Positions 8,690-17,797 of a DNA stretch of 64,000 nucleotides are shown in pieces. The stretch comes from an uncultured virus (IMG/VR IMGVR_UViG_3300025009_000009) (taxonomy: Duplodnaviria > Heunggongvirae > Uroviricota > Caudoviricetes): positions 1-64,000 of IMG/VR virus record IMGVR_UViG_3300025009_000009; one strand, written 5' to 3'. The notes beneath the pieces are model-generated. The model searched no databases. It was given only the letters and a program-made list of their open reading frames with translations, and was not told the origin of the DNA. The stretch's first letter is position 1. Each line of letters begins with the position of its first letter. Position numbers and translations under genes: made by a program.

Positions 8690-9874
8690 ATGTCAAGTTA
8701 CACAGATAGTATGATTATTTTTATAAGGGAACTAAAAGATAAAGGAAATACTTGGGATGAAATAGCTGTTAAATTTAATAAAAAGTTTGGTGAAGAAGAA
8801 AGAAAGACAGCTAATGCTTTAAGAAAAATATACTCACGTTATTCTGATATAGACTTTACCGATGAAACTGTGATAAACAGTATTCAAAGTAATGAAACTT
8901 CAAAAAAGAAGTCGTCTATTTTAGCTAAAGAAAATAGAGCTTTAGTTAATTATGTATCTGGTAGGAAGAATTTATTAGAAGAAATTAGAGAAATGTTATC
9001 TAGTAGATCATTTACACAATATAAAGTACCAATATATAAACCAGATAAGTCTAAACGAAATATGACAATGGAAACATTATTAAGTGATTTGCATGATGGT
9101 AAAAGAACACCAACATTTAATAATAGAATACTAAAAGAAAGATTACAAAAATATACTTCAGTTATTATTGGTGAAATAAATAGATATGAAAAAATATATA
9201 ATGTTGAACGTATTGTTGCACCTATTTTAGGTGATTTAATAGAAAATTCATATATGCATGGTATAGAATCTTTAGCTGGTTGTGAATATCAGAATCCTGA
9301 ACAAATTAGACATGTTACCCAATTATTATTTCAAGATTTTCTTATACCATTATCATTAACTGGAAGGCAGATAGTAGTTCCTTGTCTGACAGGAAATCAT
9401 AGTAAATATTCCTTTAAAGATACATATATTGATCCAGGAAAAAATAATTTAAGTTGGATAATTTATAACATGTTAGAAATGCTATGTAAAGCATCTAAAT
9501 TAACAAATATTGAATTTATAATACCTGAAGGTATATATTGTGTCTATGAAATATATGGAGATCCTATATTATATGAACATAAAGTTGACAGTTATCAACA
9601 AAAAAATGTAGAAGCTCATATACATGATAGATCTAAACAAGTCAAGAAGATGATAAAATTTGCTAGATTTGGTCATTTTCATGAATCATTATCTTATGGT
9701 AGGGGTAGAATTATATTTAATGCTTCATTTAGTGGTCTTGACTCTTATTCTGAGATAAAAGGATATTCATCTGAGCCAAGCCAGACCATAAATTATTATA
9801 TAGAAACAGATACTAGATGTGATAGCTATTACCACTCATTTATAGTGAATTTAAACAAATATGAAAAAGTGTAG
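8690..9874 (+). CDS. Calcineurin-like metallophosphoesterase with N-terminal HTH-like region
   Basis: SDLH, GDLIEN, GNH, GHFH motifs; N-terminal GNTWDEIA. Confidence 0.8.
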   Translation: MSSYTDSMIIFIRELKDKGNTWDEIAVKFNKKFGEEERKTANALRKIYSRYSDIDFTDETVINSIQSNETSKKKSSILAKENRALVNYVSGRKNLLEEIREMLSSRSFTQYKVPIYKPDKSKRNMTMETLLSDLHDGKRTPTFNNRILKERLQKYTSVIIGEINRYEKIYNVERIVAPILGDLIENSYMHGIESLAGCEYQNPEQIRHVTQLLFQDFLIPLSLTGRQIVVPCLTGNHSKYSFKDTYIDPGKNNLSWIIYNMLEMLCKASKLTNIEFIIPEGIYCVYEIYGDPILYEHKVDSYQQKNVEAHIHDRSKQVKKMIKFARFGHFHESLSYGRGRIIFNASFSGLDSYSEIKGYSSEPSQTINYYIETDTRCDSYYHSFIVNLNKYEKV

Positions 9875-10523
9875 TAAATGTAAAAAATTAAAAGAAAATT
9901 CTGATTTTACAAAAAAACAAAAAGATGGAGAATCGTTAAGATCTCAATGTAAAGAATGTGAACGAGAATATAGTAGATTATATGATACTAGAACAAAAAA
10001 CAAGGTATCAAAAAAATATGAAAAAACAATAAATGGTTTTATAATGAGAGTATATAGAAATATGAAATCTAGAGTTTTAGGTATTCAAAAACAAAAATTT
10101 CATTTATATGAAAATTTAGAACTTTTAGATAAGGATCTATTCTATGAATGGTCAAAAAACAATATAGATTTCTTAACATTATTTAAAAATTGGGAAAATA
10201 ATAAATATGTAAGAAAATTAACACCTAGTATTGATAGAATAGATTCAAAAAAGGGATATGTTTTTAATAATATTAGGTGGGTTATTTTTAGTGATAATTG
10301 TAAAAATATCCAAAGATTACAGTCAAATAACACAAGTTCATATCGTGGTGTATATTTTAATAAATCTAACAATAGATGGGTTTCTCAAATAAGTCACGAT
10401 AAAAAACATTATTTTTTAGGATATTTTGAAAATATTGAAGATGCTATAGAAACATATAATAAAAAAGCAATTGAATTATTTGGAAAATTTGCTTTTATAA
10501 ATATTAAAAAAATAGAAAATTAA
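9861..10523 (+). CDS. Free-standing HNH-like homing endonuclease with Zn finger and AP2 domain
   Basis: CSKC..CKEC, SIDRIDSKKGY..NIRW..N, SSYRGV..RW..FLGYF. Confidence 0.85.
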   Translation: MKKCSKCKKLKENSDFTKKQKDGESLRSQCKECEREYSRLYDTRTKNKVSKKYEKTINGFIMRVYRNMKSRVLGIQKQKFHLYENLELLDKDLFYEWSKNNIDFLTLFKNWENNKYVRKLTPSIDRIDSKKGYVFNNIRWVIFSDNCKNIQRLQSNNTSSYRGVYFNKSNNRWVSQISHDKKHYFLGYFENIEDAIETYNKKAIELFGKFAFINIKKIEN

Positions 10524-10547
10524 TATATACAAACAAAGGATAGTATT

Positions 10548-10778
10548 ATGAAGTTTTATAAATTTGCAAATGGTCAGCTAATTAACGTTGACTATATCAA
10601 AGAAAAGTTAGCAATCATTGATATCGTTGAACAATCTTATGGTTGTAATGAATGGTTTTTTACTATTAAGTTTAAAGCTGATACAGGATTAGAAAGTATA
10701 CAACCAACGTTTGATAACGAAATATTAGCTAAGGAACAACTTAAAGAGTTTATATATTATCTGGAGACTAATTTATAG
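10548..10778 (+). CDS. Hypothetical protein
   Basis: AAAGGA RBS. Confidence 0.6.
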   Translation: MKFYKFANGQLINVDYIKEKLAIIDIVEQSYGCNEWFFTIKFKADTGLESIQPTFDNEILAKEQLKEFIYYLETNL

Positions 10779-10786
10779 GAGATACT

Positions 10787-10942
10787 ATGAAAAATAAAAT
10801 AACGGTAATAGTTAGAAACTATAACGATTATTGTTTTCATGTAAAACAATTTGAAACCTTCGAAGAAGCAAAAAATTACTTGATTGATAACTGTGGTAAT
10901 GGTATAATAATCATAGGAACAGAATACCATATTATAAACTAG
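10787..10942 (+). CDS. Small hypothetical protein (51 aa, not in ORF track)
   Basis: AGGAG RBS, manual translation. Confidence 0.55.
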   Translation: MKNKITVIVRNYNDYCFHVKQFETFEEAKNYLIDNCGNGIIIIGTEYHIIN

Positions 10943-10951
10943 GAGGAAGAT

Positions 10952-11503
10952 ATGGCAAAAAAAGATAAAGAATCAACACAGTATTGGATAGAGAAGGGAA
11001 TAGATGTTGAAAATCGTATACTAGATATTGATGATTATATAGATTCAGAGACTGTTTCACCTAAGATTAGAGCTTTACGTTGTATGCAAAGAAAGAGTAA
11101 CGACCCAATAACAATCAATGTTAATAGTATGGGTGGTTGTGTTTATAATTCATTCGCATTATATGATACAATACGAGACATATCGAACTCTGGAATTCTT
11201 ATTAGAACAATGGCTTATGGTAGTATAATGAGTGGTGGTTCCATTATTTTTTTAGCTGGAGATGAGAGAAGTATGTTGATAAATACCACCACAATGATAC
11301 ACACGATCAACTTCGGGGTCGAGGGTAAGGTTAAAGAAGTAGAAATAGAAATGAAAGAATCTAAGAGATTAGAAGAAAAGATGATTGAAATATATGCATC
11401 TAGAACTAAGAAAAGTAAACGTTTTTGGAAGAAACAAATAAAATATATAGACAATTATTATGATTATAAAACTTCTAAAAAACTAGGAATAATTAATAAA
11501 TAA
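10952..11503 (+). CDS. ClpP-like serine protease
   Basis: INVNSMGG, IMSGGS (Ser), MIH (His). Confidence 0.85.
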   Translation: MAKKDKESTQYWIEKGIDVENRILDIDDYIDSETVSPKIRALRCMQRKSNDPITINVNSMGGCVYNSFALYDTIRDISNSGILIRTMAYGSIMSGGSIIFLAGDERSMLINTTTMIHTINFGVEGKVKEVEIEMKESKRLEEKMIEIYASRTKKSKRFWKKQIKYIDNYYDYKTSKKLGIINK

Positions 11504-11515
11504 CTTTAACGAATA

Positions 11516-11698
11516 ATGAGATATATGGAAGAACTACTTAAACAATTTAACATTACTAAAGACGAAGTAATTAAAATACTTCAAGATGCTATACTAGATA
11601 CTACAGATACTAATATAATGAAATTACTAAATTTCAGCAAAATATTCAATTGTCACCCAACAAATGCTATTAAATTCTTTAGAAAACCTTGGGAATAA
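11516..11698 (+). CDS. Hypothetical protein
   Basis: ORF. Confidence 0.5.
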   Translation: MRYMEELLKQFNITKDEVIKILQDAILDTTDTNIMKLLNFSKIFNCHPTNAIKFFRKPWE

Positions 11699-11700
11699 CT

Positions 11701-11886
11701 ATGGAAAACAACGAAACAAATCCCACAATAATAAATTGTGATGAAAATGATATATGTTACGAATGTCTATTCTTTGATAGACAAGACGAATACTGTAACT
11801 TATATAGTGTTAATAATCTTGATGCACAAAAAAGTAAACATAAATGTTGTAAAATTAAAAGAATTATTATACAATATAATGAATAA
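11701..11886 (+). CDS. Hypothetical Cys-rich protein
   Basis: CxxC..C..CC pattern. Confidence 0.5.
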   Translation: MENNETNPTIINCDENDICYECLFFDRQDEYCNLYSVNNLDAQKSKHKCCKIKRIIIQYNE

Positions 11887-11895
11887 GGGGTAAAT

Positions 11896-12363
11896 ATGAA
11901 TTTTAATCATTATTTGATGGTATTTAACTATCTTGATATCTTTGAAAAATGTTTTTGTATTTTTATAATATTATTATGTGTTGGTATTTTATCTGTTATA
12001 TCATATAATATTTATTGGCATTTAAACTATAAATATGAATACTCTGACGCAAAAGAAACTACAGGAATTGTTACTGATATGAACTATAGAGCTTCGTATA
12101 TGATAACAGTTTTTAATGGAAAAACAATAAATACTATTCATCATCCAGAAAAAAATGAAGTATATATTTATATTGAGTCTTTAAATTTAAAGAAAGAATT
12201 TGATAGTTCAAAATTATATCAACTTGTTCGAATTGATGATACCATTAAAATAACATATAAAGAGTGTTATATAGTAAAAAAAGATTACTCTAAAAAGAAA
12301 ACTTTAGATTCATATGAAATATTAACAATAACAACACCAAAAGGTAGAATTTGGGAGAATTAA
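11896..12363 (+). CDS. Hypothetical membrane-anchored protein
   Basis: N-terminal TM segment. Confidence 0.6.
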   Translation: MNFNHYLMVFNYLDIFEKCFCIFIILLCVGILSVISYNIYWHLNYKYEYSDAKETTGIVTDMNYRASYMITVFNGKTINTIHHPEKNEVYIYIESLNLKKEFDSSKLYQLVRIDDTIKITYKECYIVKKDYSKKKTLDSYEILTITTPKGRIWEN

Positions 12364-12377
12364 TTTAGGGAGAAAAA

Positions 12378-12674
12378 ATGAAAAAAATATTTATAGTATA
12401 TAGATCTGATTATGACTATAATGAAAATATTATAGCCTTCAATTCTAAAGAAAAAGCAGAAGAAATGATACTAAGAAATAAAGAAGCTAATTATCAAACA
12501 TATTTAAAGGATTTTAATGATTTTTTAAATAATAAGGAATCCCTTTTTTATAAAATTACTAGAGATGAAAAAATTAGAAGAAAAGAACCCTGTTCTATGA
12601 AGGAAGTCTTACAAAGTTGTTCATATGCATCTGATATGTATTTTGAAGAAATAGAATATGATGAGGAGAATTAA
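12378..12674 (+). CDS. Hypothetical protein
   Basis: GGGAG RBS. Confidence 0.6.
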   Translation: MKKIFIVYRSDYDYNENIIAFNSKEKAEEMILRNKEANYQTYLKDFNDFLNNKESLFYKITRDEKIRRKEPCSMKEVLQSCSYASDMYFEEIEYDEEN

Positions 12675-13367
12675 ATGAGTAATATCATTGGTATAGGTGG
12701 TAAAGCTAAACATGGTAAAGATTCTATTGCTAACGTTTTAATTGATAATTTTGGTTATAAACGTATATCTTTAGCCGATCCACTTAAAAAAATACTTTAC
12801 ATAGGCTTAAAAGAATACTTTACATTAAACGATTTCTACGATCAGAACATCAAAGATTTAACGTTTGATAAATATACTAGTTATCCAGAATTAGTTTTAA
12901 CCAAAGTCCAAATAGAGCGTATTGTGTGTGCTATAAACATCAATTACAATCTTACTGGTGTTGAAATGGATATAATACGTGAATGGTTTAGAAACGAAAA
13001 ATTCTATTCTTTACGTGATTTAATGCAAAGATTTGGTACTGATTTATGTAGAAACCTAATTAATAAACAAATATGGATATTGACCTCACAAAAACAAATT
13101 AATCATACATCAATAAATAGTCCAGAAATTAATTTTGTAATATCTGATATTCGCTTTCCAGAAGAAAGACAAATGGTTAAAAATCTTAATGGGTTACTAT
13201 TACTAGTAAAACGTGATTTAAAAATTGAAGGTGAGGTTCATACATCTGAACAATCTTTAGGTGATGATAGTGAATATAATACTATTATACATAATACATC
13301 AACATTAGAAGATCTAGAAAAAAACATCATTAAATTACACAAATCTAAATATCCTCTTTTTAAATAA
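12675..13367 (+). CDS. Deoxynucleoside monophosphate kinase
   Basis: GKAKHGKDS P-loop, LADPLK, RDLMQRFGT, ISDIRFPEE, HTSE. Confidence 0.88.
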   Translation: MSNIIGIGGKAKHGKDSIANVLIDNFGYKRISLADPLKKILYIGLKEYFTLNDFYDQNIKDLTFDKYTSYPELVLTKVQIERIVCAININYNLTGVEMDIIREWFRNEKFYSLRDLMQRFGTDLCRNLINKQIWILTSQKQINHTSINSPEINFVISDIRFPEERQMVKNLNGLLLLVKRDLKIEGEVHTSEQSLGDDSEYNTIIHNTSTLEDLEKNIIKLHKSKYPLFK

Positions 13368-13437
13368 TTCTCTTGTCTTTTCTATATTTATATCATATAA
13401 TGAAAATAACGTTGTTAACCTTAACAAAGGAATAACT

Positions 13438-13743
13438 ATAGAAACTGAATTAAAACAACTAAAAGCTGAGAATGACCGCCTTAAAAAAAGATTGAAAATC
13501 TTGGAGAAGAGATTAGGTAAGTTTCGAAGTAAGAACAAAGAGTTATGTGACGAAATAGAAGAACTAGATGTTGAAGCTGAAACAAAGAAAGCATTAAAAA
13601 CAACACCACTTAAAGAAGATGGATGTCCTAAGTGTGGTAGAGATTTGAACGTTAGTTCTGTTCCTCATGGTGAATTGGAGATATGTACAAATCCTGATTG
13701 TTCTTATAGAAAAGTTAATAGAAAAAAAGTAAAGGAAAGATAA
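13438..13743 (+). CDS. Coiled-coil plus zinc-ribbon protein (start uncertain: ATA 13438 or TTG 13492)
   Basis: CPKCG..CTNPDC; AAAGGA precedes in-frame ATA. Confidence 0.6.
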   Translation: METELKQLKAENDRLKKRLKILEKRLGKFRSKNKELCDEIEELDVEAETKKALKTTPLKEDGCPKCGRDLNVSSVPHGELEICTNPDCSYRKVNRKKVKER

Positions 13744-13744
13744 A

Positions 13745-14089
13745 ATGACACAATATGAAAAAGACTTAGCTGCTGTTAAACAAAATGGTTATGCTTTACA
13801 ATATGTTAACCATCAAACAGAAGAATTGTGTTTAATTGCTGTTAAAGAATATGGTAATGTATTACAATATGTTAAACATCAAACACCAGAACTTTGTTTA
13901 GCTGCTGTTAAAGAGAATGGTTATGTTTTACAATATGTTAAACATCAAACAGAAGAAATATGTTTAGCCGCTGTTAAGGAAAATAGTTATGCTTTACGTT
14001 TGGTTAAACCAGAGATTAAAACAGAAGAATTCTTATTACGTTGTTTAGAAAATAATATAGCTTGTATAGAACATATGGAGATAAAATGA
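13745..14089 (+). CDS. DUF4116-type 22-aa repeat protein, paralog of 1-369
   Basis: Same repeat unit and C-terminal cap. Confidence 0.8.
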   Translation: MTQYEKDLAAVKQNGYALQYVNHQTEELCLIAVKEYGNVLQYVKHQTPELCLAAVKENGYVLQYVKHQTEEICLAAVKENSYALRLVKPEIKTEEFLLRCLENNIACIEHMEIK

Positions 14090-14583
14090 TCATAACAATA
14101 GATTTATCTGTACATTCAACGGGATATACAGTTTTTGATGAAGAAGTCTTAATTGACTATGGAATAATAACACCAGAAAGATACCCAAAACAATCAATAG
14201 ATCGTTATCCTATTAAGTCTGTTAATCAAGTAAAGTCAACAGCTAAACAGGTACATACTCTAATTGAGTCATATTTGCCTCAAATTGAAGCTATTGTAAT
14301 AGAAGAGATAAATGGTGCTGGTAGAAGAAACATCATTGGTACAAAGGCATTGTGTGGCATTCACTACGTTTTAATGTCTTTGATGGATTTGGAAACATTA
14401 AAGAAGGTTGTTTTCATTAAATCATGTGAATGGAGAAAGGCTTTAAACCTTAAACGTAATGGTGATTGGAAACAATCTGCTGTTGATTTTATCAATGAAA
14501 AGCATGGTACTGAGTTTATTAGAGAAGAAAATGATTTGACAGATGCTTTGTGTTTGTACTACGCTTATCTAAAACTTAAGTAA
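14086..14583 (+). CDS. RuvC-like Holliday junction resolvase
   Basis: IDLSVHSTG, VIEE, EWRK, DLTDA acidic motifs. Confidence 0.75.
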   Translation: MIITIDLSVHSTGYTVFDEEVLIDYGIITPERYPKQSIDRYPIKSVNQVKSTAKQVHTLIESYLPQIEAIVIEEINGAGRRNIIGTKALCGIHYVLMSLMDLETLKKVVFIKSCEWRKALNLKRNGDWKQSAVDFINEKHGTEFIREENDLTDALCLYYAYLKLK

Positions 14584-14606
14584 AATTATGAGAATAATAT
14601 ACCTCG

Positions 14607-14715
14607 TGTTCATCAATTAGTGAACATATAAGTAAAAGTGAACATTTGTATAAATTATCGAGTAGTTATAGTGTTTTTGTTCACATTTATCATTATGTTC
14701 AGTAAGAAGTGAACA
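14607..14715. repeat. Dyad-symmetric array of six TGTTCA/TGAACA half-sites
   Basis: Spacing 8-12-33-12-8; half-site layout reads the same on both strands. Confidence 0.85.
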
Positions 14716-14788
14716 TTAAAAGAAGGTTAAAAATGAATTGTGAAAGCTTAGAACTCTTATCTTTAGTTATATTTTTAATAATTAATCC

Positions 14789-15343
14789 TTAAAAATATTT
14801 CATTGTTAATTTTTCATATTCTTTTCTAGGTTTTTGATTAAAACTATGATAACAAGTCCAGGGATTCTTCTTATTTTTACAAGCGTTTATTTTATCCTTT
14901 AGTATCTTAAAATGACTATCAAACATATATTCTAAGTTATTCTTAAGCTTTAAAGGGTCAAGGTTGTAGTTTTGAATCGTTTTAACATGGATTTGGAATA
15001 ACCCTAAGTCTGTTTTAGCTTTAACTATCTTAGCAGTCTCTGTACATTTGATAGTATCATCAGAAATAGCCACACAATTATTCTCATATATAATAACTTC
15101 AGTTTTCCTATGTGTTTTATGGTTGAGATTACTCTCTTGTTTTGCTATAGATATTGATATATTTGGGTCAATGTCGTACTTTTTGCTGTATTTTTTAAAT
15201 AGATTTGTGTATTTTTCGGCTAATTTTAAGTCTTTTACTTCCATTAAGTTGTATATCTTATTACAAAGTTTATCTTTTTTACATTCAAAAGCGTTAATTT
15301 GATTAGATAATACTAAAAAACTTATAAATAATAATTTCTTCAT
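14789..15343 (-). CDS. SLT-family lytic transglycosylase with signal peptide
   Basis: IAKQES catalytic Glu, DLGLFQI. Confidence 0.8.
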   Translation of the reverse strand: MKKLLFISFLVLSNQINAFECKKDKLCNKIYNLMEVKDLKLAEKYTNLFKKYSKKYDIDPNISISIAKQESNLNHKTHRKTEVIIYENNCVAISDDTIKCTETAKIVKAKTDLGLFQIHVKTIQNYNLDPLKLKNNLEYMFDSHFKILKDKINACKNKKNPWTCYHSFNQKPRKEYEKLTMKYF

Positions 15344-15352
15344 TAAACTCCT

Positions 15353-15517
15353 TTAACCAGGTTTAATTAAACTTACATCAACAATCTTAAACCATCTATA
15401 AATGTTATCTATTTTTATACGTAAACAATACTCATTATCAGCATCAATAGCTCTTATTATTCCTTCATTTCCATTTATCCAAACTTTCTGGTTAATTCTG
15501 AATCTTTCAATGTTCAT
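15353..15517 (-). CDS. Small hypothetical protein (54 aa, not in ORF track)
   Basis: Manual translation MNIERFRINQKVW... Confidence 0.55.
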   Translation of the reverse strand: MNIERFRINQKVWINGNEGIIRAIDADNEYCLRIKIDNIYRWFKIVDVSLIKPG

Positions 15518-15535
15518 ATTAGTCTCTAAAATAAT

Positions 15536-15566
15536 AAAGAGGACTAGGGTTTAATTAGTCCTCTTT
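15536..15566. terminator. Intrinsic terminator, possibly bidirectional
   Basis: AAAGAGGACTAG-loop-TTAGTCCTCTTT. Confidence 0.75.
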
Positions 15567-15615
15567 TTAAACAAGGAGGTTGCAAATGAAAATAGATCCG
15601 ATTGTGTCGTTCGGA

Positions 15616-16266
15616 TTATTTAATAATAGCAGTTTTTTTCTTTTTTGTCAATCTCTTTTTTTTAACTTTATTTACTTTTGTTATTTCAGGATCTAGAGCT
15701 TCCTGTTGTTCTTGTTCCGTTAACATATTAAAGTGTTCATTCATCTTTTCTTTAAGAATATAAGCATCTTCTGGAGACATATAATCGAAATTAGCTTCAT
15801 CCTTCATATCTAAAGTATAATTACCAGAATACAATTCATCATCATTTAAAAGTATTCTAAAGCTATTCTTCTCCTTTTTACTTTTAGTATAATAATCTCT
15901 ACTCATTGAATTAGCTACATGATTACATTCTTTTCTTTGTTCTGAGGTATTATGTACATTATCTTTAGAGTATTTATATGAATCATCTGTGGTAAAATTA
16001 CCATTTTCATCTTTGTAGTATTTAACTTCTTTACGGAATTTTCTTAAATCTCTATCATTAATACAAACATATTCACCATTTTCTATGATATATGTATCCC
16101 TAATAGTAAAAGCTGCACCATAGTATTCGTCACTAAATTTAGATAACCACTTCTTAGCTTCTGGGTCTAGATTTTTAACATAGTCAAAATCTATGAATTC
16201 TTTTCTTTCTTTTGGTAAATATTTTTTATTAAATGATTTATCGTTATCTCTTATTTTCTTAGTCAT
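15616..16266 (-). CDS. Hypothetical protein with basic C-terminus
   Basis: Long ORF, AAGGA RBS. Confidence 0.7.
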   Translation of the reverse strand: MTKKIRDNDKSFNKKYLPKERKEFIDFDYVKNLDPEAKKWLSKFSDEYYGAAFTIRDTYIIENGEYVCINDRDLRKFRKEVKYYKDENGNFTTDDSYKYSKDNVHNTSEQRKECNHVANSMSRDYYTKSKKEKNSFRILLNDDELYSGNYTLDMKDEANFDYMSPEDAYILKEKMNEHFNMLTEQEQQEALDPEITKVNKVKKKRLTKKKKTAIIK

Positions 16267-16298
16267 CCTTGACTCCGTAAATGTAAGTTAAATGAACG

Positions 16299-16664
16299 TT
16301 ATTTTGATGTGTTTTTGATTATTTTAGAGGTTGTATAGAATCCAACACCAGTAACTCCAACACCTAGAAAAAACCATCCTATTCTTTCCCAAGTACCCAT
16401 TGGAGCTAAATCCTTAGTTTCATCAACATACTTCTTATAACCATCTAATCTTAGTTCCTGAATCTCTATCTTTCTATCTTTTAAAACATTTAAATCTTCT
16501 AATTTTATCTTTTCTTCATTAGTTTGTCTTAGTTTAGACTCCTCTTCAGAAGTAAATAAATACCCATCGTAAGGTACTTTATCATCCTTCTTAACAGGAG
16601 TCATAGCTAAGATATTCGTAGTCAATAGAGACAATAAAACAAAGGTTGTGATTATCTTTTTCAT
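16299..16664 (-). CDS. Exported protein with C-terminal TM (spanin-like candidate)
   Basis: Signal peptide, coiled coil, C-terminal hydrophobic helix. Confidence 0.45.
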   Translation of the reverse strand: MKKIITTFVLLSLLTTNILAMTPVKKDDKVPYDGYLFTSEEESKLRQTNEEKIKLEDLNVLKDRKIEIQELRLDGYKKYVDETKDLAPMGTWERIGWFFLGVGVTGVGFYTTSKIIKNTSK

Positions 16665-16930
16665 AAGTTTCTCTTCCAGTAGTCAACTTTTTGATCATCA
16701 GTTAAATCTTGAACACCCTCAGTCTTAATTTTTTCTAGTTCCTTTTCTTTCTTATCAATTTCGGTATCAACTTTAGCTTCTTCTTTTGTTAGAATTTCTT
16801 CTTTAGTTTCAATCTTTATATTAGCGTTTTCTATTTTATCTGAATCATTAATCTTTTTAAAGATCAAGATACCAATTATAGCTGTAACTATACCTAATAT
16901 ATACTTTAGTATTTCTTTTACTTTTTCCAT
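16661..16930 (-). CDS. N-terminal TM coiled-coil protein (i-spanin-like candidate)
   Basis: TM then charged helix; overlaps next gene. Confidence 0.45.
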   Translation of the reverse strand: MEKVKEILKYILGIVTAIIGILIFKKINDSDKIENANIKIETKEEILTKEEAKVDTEIDKKEKELEKIKTEGVQDLTDDQKVDYWKRNL

Positions 16931-16943
16931 ATTTACCTTCAGT

Positions 16944-17696
16944 TTAATAAAGATGTTCACTATTTGATGTATCTTTCTTGATTTCTTTTATTTCACCAAT
17001 GGGTTTTCTAAGTAGAGGACACCCTGAATAAACAACGGTTTTTGTTGAACTAAAGAAAAAGAATCCACTAGTTTGTTGTTCTTCTAGTCTTTGATTTAGA
17101 AGTTCCTTAGAGCATTTAATTTGTATAACTTCATCTGCTGCATTTTCTTTAACAGCATTTTTGTCATATAACCACATTTCATTTTGTATCTTTTCTTTAT
17201 ACTCTTTAATAGATATTCCCATTCTTTTAGAAACATCTTCTTCCATATCTTTAACAATAGATTTCCATAAATTAAGCTGACTCTCAACTTCACCTACTTC
17301 AAATTGACCTGAAAATCCACCACTAGCCCTATGACCCATCATAACACCTTTATTGTTTATAAAGCGTTTATCACCATGTTGTGAGATCATGAAAGTCATA
17401 GATGCAGCAAAGATTGTGATTGTGTGTATTTTTTGAGGAATTAGTTTAAACGTATTGATCATATCTATTCCAGCATATACACTACCCCCTGGAGAATCCA
17501 GGACTAGATAAATAATCTCACTTTCAGGTAGTTTCGATGACAATTCTAGGAGTTTTCTTTGAGTTTTATTAACACTATCACCAGATACTTCATCACGTAA
17601 TAATACCATATTGTCTGGTGTTAATGTTATTTGTGTTTGAGAATAACAAGACATTGAAAAAAGTAGAATAAAAAGCATTAAAAATAGTTGACGCAT
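16944..17696 (-). CDS. ClpP-like protease with N-terminal signal peptide
   Basis: LDSPGGSV, AASM, MMGH; hydrophobic leader. Confidence 0.8.
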   Translation of the reverse strand: MRQLFLMLFILLFSMSCYSQTQITLTPDNMVLLRDEVSGDSVNKTQRKLLELSSKLPESEIIYLVLDSPGGSVYAGIDMINTFKLIPQKIHTITIFAASMTFMISQHGDKRFINNKGVMMGHRASGGFSGQFEVGEVESQLNLWKSIVKDMEEDVSKRMGISIKEYKEKIQNEMWLYDKNAVKENAADEVIQIKCSKELLNQRLEEQQTSGFFFFSSTKTVVYSGCPLLRKPIGEIKEIKKDTSNSEHLY

Positions 17697-17745
17697 AATA
17701 TCACCATTTGTTTTATTTGATAAAAAGGTATTAACCTTATATACA

Positions 17746-17773
17746 TTTTAACAAATTTCGATATCAATGTCAA
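17746..17773 (-). promoter_or_regulatory. Sigma70-type promoter for exported ClpP-like gene
   Basis: TTGACA..TAAAAT on minus strand (boundaries approximate). Confidence 0.55.
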
Positions 17774-17797
17774 GTATAATTTGTATTTAAATCAATA

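Noticed and set aside
1..14089. Diversity-generating retroelement TR/VR pair in the DUF4116-type repeats
   Set aside because: Differences are not adenine-specific, both copies are coding, and no reverse transcriptase is in the window
14607..14715. CRISPR array or RNA terminator
   Set aside because: Repeats are only 6-9 bp in both orientations and the spacers do not pair
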